64,000 nt of DNA. It comes from a virus. A model generated the notes under the pieces. It did not search any database, had not been told where the DNA came from, and saw only the letters and a program-made list of their open reading frames with translations. Below are positions 49,784-59,140 of the stretch, piece by piece. Positions within the stretch are counted from its first letter, which is position 1; every line of letters starts with the position of its first letter. The stretch lies in IMG/VR virus record IMGVR_UViG_3300042923_000275, positions 4,059 to 68,058 of that record. One strand, 5' to 3'. Position numbers and translations under genes: made by a program.

Positions 49784-50860
49784 TTACGGTAATTCTACCT
49801 TATATTGACGGAGATCAACGATCTCGCTATGTTTGGGTCCAGTACCAATCATAGTTACTGGCACGCCGCTTTCGTCTTCGACTTTTTTAATGAAGTGTTT
49901 TGTTTCCTGAGATAACAAGTTGTAGTCGGTGACACCATAATCGCGGTAATTGATATAATTCACGAAATTCATTGCGATCTGTGTCGGCCTGTTGATCATT
50001 ACCATATATTGTAATCGATCGAAGTCGAATTCGAAAATTCTGCGTACCTTCTGAGTGACAGTAGTCCTCTCCAATAATGGTTTCGGTGAGCCTGACATCG
50101 CAGTAATTTCACCCCATGTGAGTTCTTTGCCACCCATCGGACCGGACCATCCGATCTGTTCGCCACGTTCATTGAATTGATTGCCGACGCGGATTGGATG
50201 ACACCTCATTACGGCAATTACGTGATCGATAGCCTGAATTGGAACGCCGCAATCTGCTACAACCTGACCAACATGTGTCTGTCGAGATGTCGTGTACGGA
50301 TATGCCATTCCGTAATTGATATCGAGGTCAAAACCCTGTGACCCCTCGATCATTACCATGTGATTTTGTTCGATATGGTTATTGATCTCATACTCAGTAT
50401 CAGACAAATACAGACGCAATGATTCGACATCGCGTGCAAGCATTACATTTCCCCCACGCATGATTTTGTCGGCTTGTGCCGCACCGCAGCCCTTTTGAGT
50501 CGAAGAAATATGACCAAGTGCTTCCGCTTCGATTTTCTTGTGTTTATCATTGATAATCATAGCACGAGGGTGAATATGTAGCCTGTGACCGCACAAGAAT
50601 TCACTGAGTTCGCGCTCAAGAATACTCAGTGTAATACCAGCGCCTGGACCGATGAACAATTCTGTACGTCCATTCACTACTGCCTGTGGGATTTGCTGTA
50701 CCATAAATGGTTTTCCTTCATCGCTCACCCATGTATGACCAGCATTGGTATAGAAGTTACAGATGGCGGCATCATAGTTATCCTTGATCGCCATATATCC
50801 GACAAATTTGCCTTTGCCCTCGGACCCTGCCTGACCACCAAATAATACATTAGTTGACAA
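49784..50860 (-). CDS. purZ: PurZ-type 2-aminoadenylosuccinate synthetase (PurA family)
   Basis: GSEGKG (Ser at the PurA catalytic Asp), NAGHT, PIRVGN, TTVT..RR, NFVN in place of TKLD; TTG start after GGAGGT. Confidence 0.75.
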   Translation of the reverse strand: MSTNVLFGGQAGSEGKGKFVGYMAIKDNYDAAICNFYTNAGHTWVSDEGKPFMVQQIPQAVVNGRTELFIGPGAGITLSILERELSEFLCGHRLHIHPRAMIINDKHKKIEAEALGHISSTQKGCGAAQADKIMRGGNVMLARDVESLRLYLSDTEYEINNHIEQNHMVMIEGSQGFDLDINYGMAYPYTTSRQTHVGQVVADCGVPIQAIDHVIAVMRCHPIRVGNQFNERGEQIGWSGPMGGKELTWGEITAMSGSPKPLLERTTVTQKVRRIFEFDFDRLQYMVMINRPTQIAMNFVNYINYRDYGVTDYNLLSQETKHFIKKVEDESGVPVTMIGTGPKHSEIVDLRQYKVELP

Positions 50861-50909
50861 TGGAACAACCTCCAATATTCTGAATTTCCTGCGATTATTA
50901 TATCGTCTG

Positions 50910-52127
50910 TTATGCTTCGTTTGCTAAATTCGCGATCTTGCGCTTGTTCAGTGACGGTTTAGTAAAGGACACATTGGCACAATTATCGATCATAGTCATA
51001 ATAATTTTCTGTCCCTTTACCTCCGGATGTTTCTCCAGTTTGGTTTTTTCCAATTTGAGACAGTCATTTAATACATGTTCCAACTCGAACGCCGACATTA
51101 TTTCCCTTACTGCATTAACTGGATATTCCTTACGGCGTTGTTGGCTGAAGTAGAACTCAGAATCTCCAACCACCAGAGTATTCTTGCGGTCGGCTATCAT
51201 GAGATTCTTGATCGCCACTTCTATTTCTCCTAGCTTCCCTTCTATAGCCTTCTTCTGATATGTAAGTATTTCTTTTTCTTCCCACAGTGCTAATGCATCG
51301 TTTTCGTCAACGATAGCCGTCTTCATGATAAGTGCCTGTTTATATGTATTACAATCTCCACGTAGATCGCAATATCTACAATACTCATTTAACTTCTCTT
51401 TGAATTCCTTATCGTATAACATCTGTTGCCATACGTTCTCAATAAATTTGATAGTATCTTTTCTCTGTTGGTCAGTTCTCGTCGATCTGAATTCGCCATG
51501 TAACGGCTGGTCTAAGATTAATATGACGTTCTTTGCCCATGGATATAGCTGTCTTGCCACTATATCATATATGCTCATTTGTAGATGGTTTTCTACTTCA
51601 TCATGGCTAAATGGTTGTATGTTTGTTTTATAGTCCCTAATAATAATAGTATCCTCATTGAGTTTATTAACTCGGTCGATGAATCCCAATATTGGCACAT
51701 TACCGACATACATTGGCGTCCCCGTGTCCGTCTTCACATCGTATCCGAATTGCACCTCCACCCCGATGATCTCCCCTGCAAATGGTTCGTCTCTAGATAA
51801 GTATGCATCGATGATCTCGATACCTCTATTATAGAAATCGAAATCAGTCAGCTTATATTCCTGCCAGTATGCATCAAATAGCTTTCGAGCATCCTCGAAA
51901 TTCTGCTTGGCTGGTTCGTTCGCTAGATGTTCAAAAACCTCATGGATGATACGACCAAACATTGTGAATACAGTATCTGTTCTTGGTGCGTTGTTTATAT
52001 AGGTATTTGCCCATTGTCTCGGACACTGGAGATACGCCCCCAATCCGGAAGATGAAGTACGGTCAAGTTTGTTTGGTTCAATGATATCACCGTCTTTGAT
52101 TGCGTCCTCTATTGTCTTATTACTCAA
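50910..52127 (-). CDS. PD-(D/E)xK exonuclease, Cas4/AddB-like with 4 Cys
   Basis: CPR, G.IIH..FE, GFIDR...DYKT, CRYC....C. Confidence 0.85.
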   Translation of the reverse strand: MSNKTIEDAIKDGDIIEPNKLDRTSSSGLGAYLQCPRQWANTYINNAPRTDTVFTMFGRIIHEVFEHLANEPAKQNFEDARKLFDAYWQEYKLTDFDFYNRGIEIIDAYLSRDEPFAGEIIGVEVQFGYDVKTDTGTPMYVGNVPILGFIDRVNKLNEDTIIIRDYKTNIQPFSHDEVENHLQMSIYDIVARQLYPWAKNVILILDQPLHGEFRSTRTDQQRKDTIKFIENVWQQMLYDKEFKEKLNEYCRYCDLRGDCNTYKQALIMKTAIVDENDALALWEEKEILTYQKKAIEGKLGEIEVAIKNLMIADRKNTLVVGDSEFYFSQQRRKEYPVNAVREIMSAFELEHVLNDCLKLEKTKLEKHPEVKGQKIIMTMIDNCANVSFTKPSLNKRKIANLANEA

Positions 52128-52149
52128 TATAATCCCTCCATATATAATA

Positions 52150-52183
52150 AAATGCCCTACGAGTGTTATATCGTAGGGCATTT
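52150..52183 (-). terminator. 13-bp hairpin with AT-rich tail
   Basis: AAATGCCCTACGA/TCGTAGGGCATTT. Confidence 0.5.
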
Positions 52184-52221
52184 CTTGGACGCTAAACTGA
52201 GATGTTGTATTGTTCTACATC

Positions 52222-52536
52222 TTATATCTTGATCCCATCTTTGGGCGTCAGTTTCTTCTCTATCATAGTTATCTTACCGTCGGTGATGGCCATGCCGAGT
52301 ACCTTATCATTCTTCTCAAGTATATATAATATCTTTCCATTAGTGACGTCTATATACTTGTGCATAGAGCCGATCGGCAACTCCTGTGTAGACTCTAATT
52401 TCATAAATGGTCTAGGCTTATCCACACTGGTCATCCCGACGGTGTGTTCCGGTGTATTAGCCATCGCTATCGACATTGTACATACGATCATGATCGCGAT
52501 TAGGAAATTTATGGTGGCTCTGAACATAAATATCAT
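52222..52536 (-). CDS. hypothetical exported protein
   Basis: Signal-peptide-like N-terminus. Confidence 0.55.
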   Translation of the reverse strand: MIFMFRATINFLIAIMIVCTMSIAMANTPEHTVGMTSVDKPRPFMKLESTQELPIGSMHKYIDVTNGKILYILEKNDKVLGMAITDGKITMIEKKLTPKDGIKI

Positions 52537-52919
52537 CCCCTATTATTCCGAATATACCATATGAGGTGCAAGATGAGCATTATAGATATAATATAAAATA
52601 CTACCGGATCGATCGTCGGTATAAAGAATTTTACCTTCTGCACGCGCAATAGCGTATGACATTTCTCAAGTACTAAACATTAGACTATTTCATTGATTTT
52701 AATTCCAATATTACGAATAGTATAGTGACGAACGATACGATATACAGCATACTATCAAATATCATGGGGTTGATAGCAATATCGAACATAATAGACCTCC
52801 TACGATTATCATGAACAGTATGATTGGAACATTCTTTCCAAATTTTGTGTATATCTCGTCTGCCCGTCTGCTATCTTCATCGCTCCAACTACTAAATAAC
52901 AATTTCATATAATGAAATC

Positions 52920-53288
52920 TCATACCGCATCAACCGCCTTCATAGATGATTCACTATTGTATCCGAACGTACCGTTGTCATATCCGATATGCCAATACCA
53001 AATGGCACCTCTCCTGTGGTAGTTACCAAGTATAGTACCAGCACCATATTTATAATGCATTATCCGATCTCCAACCTTGAACCTATCACTCTTCAGTCCC
53101 TTGATAATCCACCAACCATCAATCGAACAGCCCGGATATAATTCGACTATCTTATCCCGTATTGCTCTATTTATTTCGTCTTCTGCGATATTATCCGGTA
53201 ATTCGATTTTCAATCGGTAGCTTACATTCATCTTGGTGATCGCGTCTATGTGGTATAAAATGTTATAACCCACCACAAATTCACTCAT
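52920..53288 (-). CDS. hypothetical protein with SH3-like C-terminus
   Basis: FKVGDRI.H.KYG.GTI motif; GGAGG SD. Confidence 0.6.
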   Translation of the reverse strand: MSEFVVGYNILYHIDAITKMNVSYRLKIELPDNIAEDEINRAIRDKIVELYPGCSIDGWWIIKGLKSDRFKVGDRIMHYKYGAGTILGNYHRRGAIWYWHIGYDNGTFGYNSESSMKAVDAV

Positions 53289-53290
53289 AT

Positions 53291-54388
53291 CTATGCCTCC
53301 CATATACAATCTCTTAATGGTTTGTCGATATCGCGAAATCGTTTAAACCTCGGCAGGTAATACGCATCCAGTGTACCTTCTGGGAAATACGTGATCTCAA
53401 TTGGTAATCCTATATACATTCCCTTATCTCCAGATATCTCAGCACGTAATTCGTCACTTATGCCAGATGACACCTTACCAACATATGTTAGTTCCATACT
53501 TTCAATATCTGGGAATGTTTTGAATACATCTTGTAGATCATAATATTTAGTATGTCGTAATTGCTCGGCGGTAGCCGTTCCGGTCGGTATGTATTGTGCC
53601 ACGATTAGACTACCAATCCAGCCATTCGTGAAATACCTATTGACAGCCATAACCGGGCCATTTTTGTCTACGAGTTTGCGTCCGTTTTTCATCACCTGGG
53701 TGAATTGGTCCGGTTCCGTATAGCCGACAATTATAACATCCGCGTCCTTCTCGGCCTTGATTTTATACCATGTGTTTTCACGCTTCTTACCAGGGATGTA
53801 GAGTGAGGATAGATTCTTTAGTACAATACCCTCGCGACCGTTCGCTAATTCTGTATCGAGCAATTGTTTCTTCGCGTCTGCGCCATAGACCATTGGTAGT
53901 AGTATAACGTATTCACTATCGATGGTCTTCATTATGAATTCCGCCATTTCGTATCGGAATTGTAGGTCGGAATTGATCATCAGATTATTCCTGAACTGTG
54001 GGCAATCAAACACAATAAATGTAAGACCGCCACGCTCAGTTTGTAATCTCAATGCTCTCGCCACATCACTACCAAGCACATTGCTGGTTTTGTTGTAACT
54101 CTCATATCCATCGTCTTCTATGAATGCCACTTCACCGTCGATTATAAAGCTCAGTTCGGTGCTACACTCTAGAGCCTGTACTATATGCGGTAATAGATCG
54201 GTATATTCGGTACGTTCACCGTCATTTCTGCCAGCACCGCGACCATATAACCTGACTATGCCCTCGGTCTTCTCGGCTATTAACCGAAAACCGTTAATCT
54301 TGCGCTGTCCAACATATCGATCGTCGGACATGAGCTGTGGGATTTTATTTTCCTTAGCTGGCTTTGCTCCCATTGCATCAATAGGCAT
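53291..54388 (-). CDS. ATP-dependent DNA ligase
   Basis: RKINGFR (motif I), IIDGE, FD, EGIVLK, W.KIK, PRF.RFR. Confidence 0.9.
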   Translation of the reverse strand: MPIDAMGAKPAKENKIPQLMSDDRYVGQRKINGFRLIAEKTEGIVRLYGRGAGRNDGERTEYTDLLPHIVQALECSTELSFIIDGEVAFIEDDGYESYNKTSNVLGSDVARALRLQTERGGLTFIVFDCPQFRNNLMINSDLQFRYEMAEFIMKTIDSEYVILLPMVYGADAKKQLLDTELANGREGIVLKNLSSLYIPGKKRENTWYKIKAEKDADVIIVGYTEPDQFTQVMKNGRKLVDKNGPVMAVNRYFTNGWIGSLIVAQYIPTGTATAEQLRHTKYYDLQDVFKTFPDIESMELTYVGKVSSGISDELRAEISGDKGMYIGLPIEITYFPEGTLDAYYLPRFKRFRDIDKPLRDCIWEA

Positions 54389-54400
54389 TGTTGCTACCTC

Positions 54401-54847
54401 CTATAATATGTATATTTTTACCATTTGTCTACCAAACTTAAGTGCCTCTTCGTGAGTATTCATGAACTTATCTATACGATTTCCTTTGATCGCCCCTCCA
54501 ACGTCTGCCGCAACCATCACCCCATGTCCGTTGGCGTATATCTTACTCCCTAACCTAAGTACATTCGGGTCGACCGCCACCATACCAACCTCGGCTCTAA
54601 CTCCGGTAGCAGTTATACCATCTGTCTTACCGCAACAGACCTCACATGGGCAATACGCGGTCATCTCGACAGTAATCGTGCGTATCTCACCACGTGAGGC
54701 CATTTGTTCGATCCGTTCTCTATATGTAGGTTCTTTTATTTCTTCGTATATATGCGGCTCGGTGATGTTATTTGCGACCTCAGGATTACAAGATAATAGT
54801 GATATTATAATCGCTACTCCTGCTGTACCTCTGAGGAATCTTCGCAT
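54401..54847 (-). CDS. 3D-domain cell-wall protein, possible lipoprotein
   Basis: TAYC, TATG, VAVDP, AADVGGAIKGNRID; LLSC after a hydrophobic N-terminus. Confidence 0.85.
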   Translation of the reverse strand: MRRFLRGTAGVAIIISLLSCNPEVANNITEPHIYEEIKEPTYRERIEQMASRGEIRTITVEMTAYCPCEVCCGKTDGITATGVRAEVGMVAVDPNVLRLGSKIYANGHGVMVAADVGGAIKGNRIDKFMNTHEEALKFGRQMVKIYIL

Positions 54848-55239
54848 CCGTCAACCTCCTTGACCATCTCCATATGATTTAGTGGCATTGCCTTCAATTT
54901 CCATTTGTGTTTGCGATTCTGTTCCGACAATTGTATTACTAAGTAACATGATGGGCATTGGGCTGTGATGATATCACCAAATTGATCGGATTTCACTACT
55001 CTTTTCAGACTCATTGGTTCGCCACATGATAGACAACATAGATTACGCAATTCCGCATCCCGGATATCGGCCCATGCCACTATTGGCTCTGATAAATACT
55101 CGTCCGACTGTATCCTGTGGTTATTTGTTTTACAATCCACACACTTGACCTTCGATGCTGTGGCAAATTTCGTTACTTCAACACTTTTGCCACATACGAC
55201 GCACGGACATGTCTTGGTTTCGTCGTATCCTGTAGTCAT
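54814..55239 (-). CDS. zinc-ribbon hypothetical protein
   Basis: Four CxxC pairs. Confidence 0.65.
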   Translation of the reverse strand: MTTGYDETKTCPCVVCGKSVEVTKFATASKVKCVDCKTNNHRIQSDEYLSEPIVAWADIRDAELRNLCCLSCGEPMSLKRVVKSDQFGDIITAQCPSCYLVIQLSEQNRKHKWKLKAMPLNHMEMVKEVDGCEDSSEVQQE

Positions 55240-55241
55240 TT

Positions 55242-55994
55242 TTAGTTAATCCTCCTATCAATAACTGATTGAATCTCCTCGGTATAATGTTCACACCACG
55301 ACTTCCTGAGTCTTTTCAAGTACTGTGATACACAGGCAGTAGATACTCCCCATTCATCGGCTATTTCGCGCTGATATGATACCGAATTATCTCTGTCTAC
55401 GCCATTATTTATAGTATCGAATAGCTGTAACACTCGTCCACTTAATTTGGCTCGAAACTCCTGTATAGACATTCCATCCATTACCATTTCTTCCACCAAT
55501 TGCTCAGTTCTGGTGGCGAATACATTATCATCCTTAACCTCAGAACCAGTGATCTGTACTACATCTACGCGATGGCTATGACACTTGGGGCATACCCATT
55601 CCGTAAACTTCTTAATTACCACATCATGCTTCTTAAGGGTTTTTGTCGGTCTGCATGTGTGACCACAATCCAGACATGTCTGTTTCGTATTACCGAATAC
55701 CTGTTGTCTGAAGTATGAGCGCACTTTCCAAATTCCTTTATTGATTAGATAGATTATTGGATTGCCGATGCTCATATCTACTTCTGATATGGCGTGTGCG
55801 ACGCCTATCATGAATTCCTGTGAGACGTCATCATTCTCGGCGAGTCTATTCTTATTCATATATCGCGCAATAGCACGTGGCATGTGATAGCACCGTATCA
55901 TGACGAGTAGATCATTAGTGGCTCGTTCGTCGCCTAATTTAGCTAATTTCAACAGACGTAGGCAATTTATTTCAACATCAACATTAATAGCCAT
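55242..55994 (-). CDS. sigma-70-family factor with a zinc-ribbon insertion
   Basis: AK.GD..A..L, DD..QE..IG region 2; QREIA..WGVS..CVSQ region 4; start uncertain (alternative 56018). Confidence 0.75.
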   Translation of the reverse strand: MAINVDVEINCLRLLKLAKLGDERATNDLLVMIRCYHMPRAIARYMNKNRLAENDDVSQEFMIGVAHAISEVDMSIGNPIIYLINKGIWKVRSYFRQQVFGNTKQTCLDCGHTCRPTKTLKKHDVVIKKFTEWVCPKCHSHRVDVVQITGSEVKDDNVFATRTEQLVEEMVMDGMSIQEFRAKLSGRVLQLFDTINNGVDRDNSVSYQREIADEWGVSTACVSQYLKRLRKSWCEHYTEEIQSVIDRRIN

Positions 55995-56047
55995 AATCTC
56001 ATCTCCCACGGGCGGCATTATCTTAGCCGCCCATCCTTCATACTTTA

Positions 56048-56518
56048 TTAGCCAACTATTTCTGTTTTGGTGGCTACTGTACGTTTTTCTTTCAATCGGT
56101 CATTACGGCGCGCTTTAGTAAATGCCTGTTGACATGACTTGCAACGAGTCACCTGGAATGCATCCTGTACCTTAATAATTCTCTCGGCTCCACAGTCCTT
56201 GCAATTGATTGCTGTAGTCTTGCCGTGTAGAACCGTCCCATCTCCGGTGGTGGTCATTGTAGTCTTTGGTTTCTGCTTTGGAATTACATCAGTGTCACCT
56301 ATAGAGGCCTGTTTAGTGGTCTTCGCTGGTTTTTCCTTTTTGATGGTGTCGGTGGCCTGTGCTACTGTTTTCTGTTGGTCGGTGGTAATTTCGTCTTGTG
56401 GTACCACCAGAGACTTCTTGATTTTTGCCCCGCAGGTATCACATCTGAGAAAACCACGTACTCCTTCAACTAGATTACCAGTACATCCAGCGAGTATACA
56501 CTTATGATTCGATTCCAT
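56048..56518 (-). CDS. zinc-ribbon hypothetical protein (paralog of 60679..61227)
   Basis: C.DCG..R.IK.QD.FQVTRC..CQ; GGAGGT SD. Confidence 0.75.
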   Translation of the reverse strand: MESNHKCILAGCTGNLVEGVRGFLRCDTCGAKIKKSLVVPQDEITTDQQKTVAQATDTIKKEKPAKTTKQASIGDTDVIPKQKPKTTMTTTGDGTVLHGKTTAINCKDCGAERIIKVQDAFQVTRCKSCQQAFTKARRNDRLKEKRTVATKTEIVG

Positions 56519-56547
56519 CTAGTAGACCTCCTTTATTATCTGCGAGT

Positions 56548-56602
56548 GGCCTCGTCAGCGTGGACACTATCCACGGACCGGACTCAGTGTCCGGTTTCGG
56601 CC
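56548..56602 (-). ncRNA. type II hammerhead ribozyme
   Basis: GGCC-GAAA-CCGGA..TCCGG-TC-CGTGGA..TCCACG-CTGACGA-GGCC. Confidence 0.92.
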
Positions 56603-56668
56603 TACTGACTTCCTTGATCTGCTTTCCTACTTCCGATATCCTTATCAGAGGGATAGCTTTTTTTCGAC

Positions 56669-57010
56669 TTACGTCTGGGTATCGTGCTTGTATATCTCAT
56701 CAGCTAAACACCCAATAATCTCGTTCAATCGGTCAATTTGCTGAGTGGTAAGTAAGTCTTCGATACCCATCATTCCGCTCAAACTTCGTACGATCGCAAC
56801 CGATTTCTTAAATATCCGTTTCCCCCGGAGTCCTTCGATATCTATTTCCCAATCGATTGTTGTACCTGTTCTCAATGCTTCCATAAAAGATGTTGCTTCA
56901 TTAAATTTCTTATCTCTAGTTAGTGCCTTGAGAATGCGTACGGACTGTATGTATATTTCTACCCGTGCCCTCTCCGCGAGACGTGATTCTATGGATTGTG
57001 ATTCGTTCAT
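56669..57010 (-). CDS. hypothetical protein
   Basis: AAGGAGGT SD. Confidence 0.7.
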   Translation of the reverse strand: MNESQSIESRLAERARVEIYIQSVRILKALTRDKKFNEATSFMEALRTGTTIDWEIDIEGLRGKRIFKKSVAIVRSLSGMMGIEDLLTTQQIDRLNEIIGCLADEIYKHDTQT

Positions 57011-57131
57011 CGTACACCTCCTTCTTCGATCAGTCCTGCCATCCGCCCTACAATATTCGCGGTGGGTTGGATGCCTCGTTCTGAGGCGGCTTTGCGTATC
57101 GTCCGTGGTCTGCGATTGCGCCGCTGTACGC

Positions 57132-57275
57132 TTACTTAACGTACTTGCCTATTTCTACTGTTAGTAGATCGAATTCAGCCAATTCCTCTTTTGTGAATGC
57201 GTCACGGTTGTTATCGTGTATTGCTATCTTGATGGCCTGTATCAGTAGTTTGCGCTGTGTGACATTCAGTTTCAT
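57132..57275 (-). CDS. hypothetical protein
   Basis: MKLNVTQ start after GAGGAG. Confidence 0.5.
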   Translation of the reverse strand: MKLNVTQRKLLIQAIKIAIHDNNRDAFTKEELAEFDLLTVEIGKYVK

Positions 57276-57429
57276 GTTTAATCTCCTCTCATATTTCAGA
57301 TACTCGATATATCTCGTGTATTTGTTCTTATAGATTGCAAATACGTAACGGGCTTGCTTAGCAGATGTGACGACTATACCAGACCTCATTACGTTGGCTA
57401 TGTGTTGTGCGTACGTTATCTGGTTGTAT

Positions 57430-57675
57430 TCAAGATCGTAAGTACGGTAGTACACGTACATCCTCCAATCCACCCTCTGTGTTCATAATCTCCACAAGCT
57501 GGTCGGCGGTGTGTTCTCTGATGTAGACTGTTTCGCGTGTGTAGGGACCACAGTCGCATCTAGTTCCGACGTAATGTCCACTCCCTGAGTGCATTGATTC
57601 GAATTTGAATTCGTGACCACATTCATCACATGTTCTCGATGCCCCTAAGGCAATCGTCTCTTTTGGAAAGGCCAT
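57430..57675 (-). CDS. hypothetical Cys-containing protein
   Basis: CDEC...CDCGPYTRE; AGGAGGT SD. Confidence 0.7.
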   Translation of the reverse strand: MAFPKETIALGASRTCDECGHEFKFESMHSGSGHYVGTRCDCGPYTRETVYIREHTADQLVEIMNTEGGLEDVRVLPYLRS

Positions 57676-57704
57676 GTTACTAACCTCCTATACTCTCTGA
57701 CATT

Positions 57705-57764
57705 GGACTCGTCAGCGTGGACACTATCCACGTACGTGGACCGGACACGGCCCACGTTTCGTCC
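57705..57764 (-). ncRNA. type II hammerhead ribozyme
   Basis: GGAC-GAAA-CGTGG..CCACG-TA-CGTGGA..TCCACG-CTGACGA-GTCC (GUA site). Confidence 0.9.
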
Positions 57765-57929
57765 TAGGTATGCTTACTTGGCTACCGCATTCACAATGAA
57801 TGCTCCTACCAGTAACATTCCACCGACAACTATCAATGAAGTGATCATGCTAGCATCTACGATAACGTCACATTTATCGCTATCTTCGTACTGACCTTCC
57901 TCATATTGATGTCGGCTTCCCCTCATGGG

Positions 57930-58094
57930 CTACTTCTTCTTCTCGTAGATTTGGACTTGTACTGTGTATACCTCATTGCCGATTTTCACGTCTTGGCGCT
58001 CATACCATCCTTCCTTACCGGAAGTGAATGTCTTTGCGGTGGTCTCCGCATCGATGGTGATACCAATGTGGTTGCTCTCTTTTACTACTTTCAT
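57930..58094 (-). CDS. small hypothetical protein (54 aa, not in track)
   Basis: MKVVKESNHIG...YEKKK, read manually after AAAGGAGGG. Confidence 0.6.
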   Translation of the reverse strand: MKVVKESNHIGITIDAETTAKTFTSGKEGWYERQDVKIGNEVYTVQVQIYEKKK

Positions 58095-58124
58095 GTAAAT
58101 ACCCTCCTTTATCTCTGCGGCCTT

Positions 58125-58178
58125 CGGCTCATCAGTACGGACTCTATCCGTAGACCGGACTCAGGTCCGGTTTCGCCG
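58125..58178 (-). ncRNA. type II hammerhead ribozyme
   Basis: CGGC-GAAA-CCGGAC..GTCCGG-TC-TACGGA..TCCGTA-CTGATGA-GCCG. Confidence 0.92.
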
Positions 58179-58268
58179 TTGCGAGGCTTGTTGTTATCGT
58201 TAGCGCACCACCACCACCGATTACACTATGGGTATCGTATGCCTGATCTTGAGCGCTAAACACCGATT

Positions 58269-58508
58269 TTAAAATTTGATGCTCTGAATCGCTACGCATT
58301 GGTCTGTAGCCTTAGAGAGTATATCAGCTCCTATTAATGCCATTATAGGCATGACATTTGGGCATCCTGTCTGCATACACGTTATGATGAACTTGATCTG
58401 GTTATTTTCTTCTAGCATGGCACATTTGATCACCAGATAGCTCCCACAGTCAGGACAGATTTTATCAACCAGTAACCCTTCGTAGTCGCTCAGGTCATCA
58501 ATTCTCAT
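58269..58508 (-). CDS. zinc-ribbon hypothetical protein
   Basis: CPDCG...C...C. Confidence 0.6.
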   Translation of the reverse strand: MRIDDLSDYEGLLVDKICPDCGSYLVIKCAMLEENNQIKFIITCMQTGCPNVMPIMALIGADILSKATDQCVAIQSIKF

Positions 58509-58509
58509 C

Positions 58510-58695
58510 TTATACCTCCCCCTCCGACTTACTTAAAGCCTCAGTTTCACATCTCTGAATTTGACCCCACGCCGCTTCTTCTGATATTTCGGTACCGAAG
58601 ACCGTATTACCAGTCTTGGTGTCCGTAATGCGATAGAACCATGGTACGTTTAGAAAGTGATCGACCCTTTTGACCTCTTTTATAAACCTGTTCAT
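58510..58695 (-). CDS. hypothetical protein
   Basis: ORF track; coupled to the upstream stop. Confidence 0.55.
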   Translation of the reverse strand: MNRFIKEVKRVDHFLNVPWFYRITDTKTGNTVFGTEISEEAAWGQIQRCETEALSKSEGEV

Positions 58696-59066
58696 TCCTT
58701 CGACTCCTTTACTTTAATTAGATATTTACGTGCCTCGCGTAACTTGTATGCCATGTCTAGATCGCGTCCACGTCCGTTGATTAGTTCGGTATCCGTGTAT
58801 CTTTTATATCTCTTGATTATCGAGTTTATCTCGTGGTCTATTGATTTGATCGCGAAATCTAGAAATGATATTGTGGTACTCTCGTATACGTACTTACTTC
58901 TGCTAGTGTTTATTGCTAGCATCACCGCGCTCTTGAACAGCATAAGTTGTGATTTCTCGTTGTCATCTTCGGATTCATCGATAGTCGCTATAATTACCTC
59001 TACAGCACTTAAGATATCCTTCATTTGGTTGTCTTCTAAATAAGGCATTCTCCCCATCGTTACCAA
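58692..59066 (-). CDS. hypothetical protein
   Basis: ORF track; GAGGAG SD; exact start uncertain. Confidence 0.6.
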   Translation of the reverse strand: MVTMGRMPYLEDNQMKDILSAVEVIIATIDESEDDNEKSQLMLFKSAVMLAINTSRSKYVYESTTISFLDFAIKSIDHEINSIIKRYKRYTDTELINGRGRDLDMAYKLREARKYLIKVKESKE

Positions 59067-59085
59067 CTCCTCTATTTCTAATATC

Positions 59086-59138
59086 GGCTCATCAGCACTG
59101 GTTTACCAGTGGACGTGGACCGGAGTCCACGTTTCGCC
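59086..59138 (-). ncRNA. type II hammerhead ribozyme
   Basis: GGC-GAAA-CGTGGAC..GTCCACG-TC-CACTGG..CCAGTG-CTGATGA-GCC. Confidence 0.92.
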
Positions 59139-59140
59139 AT

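Noticed and set aside
49784-50860. Ordinary adenylosuccinate synthetase (purA)
   Set aside because: The catalytic Asp is Ser and the TKLD GTP motif is NFVN, which fits the PurZ branch better.
50910-52127. Cas4 as evidence of a CRISPR-Cas locus
   Set aside because: Stand-alone Cas4/AddB-like nucleases are common in phage recombination modules, and no array or other cas gene is present.
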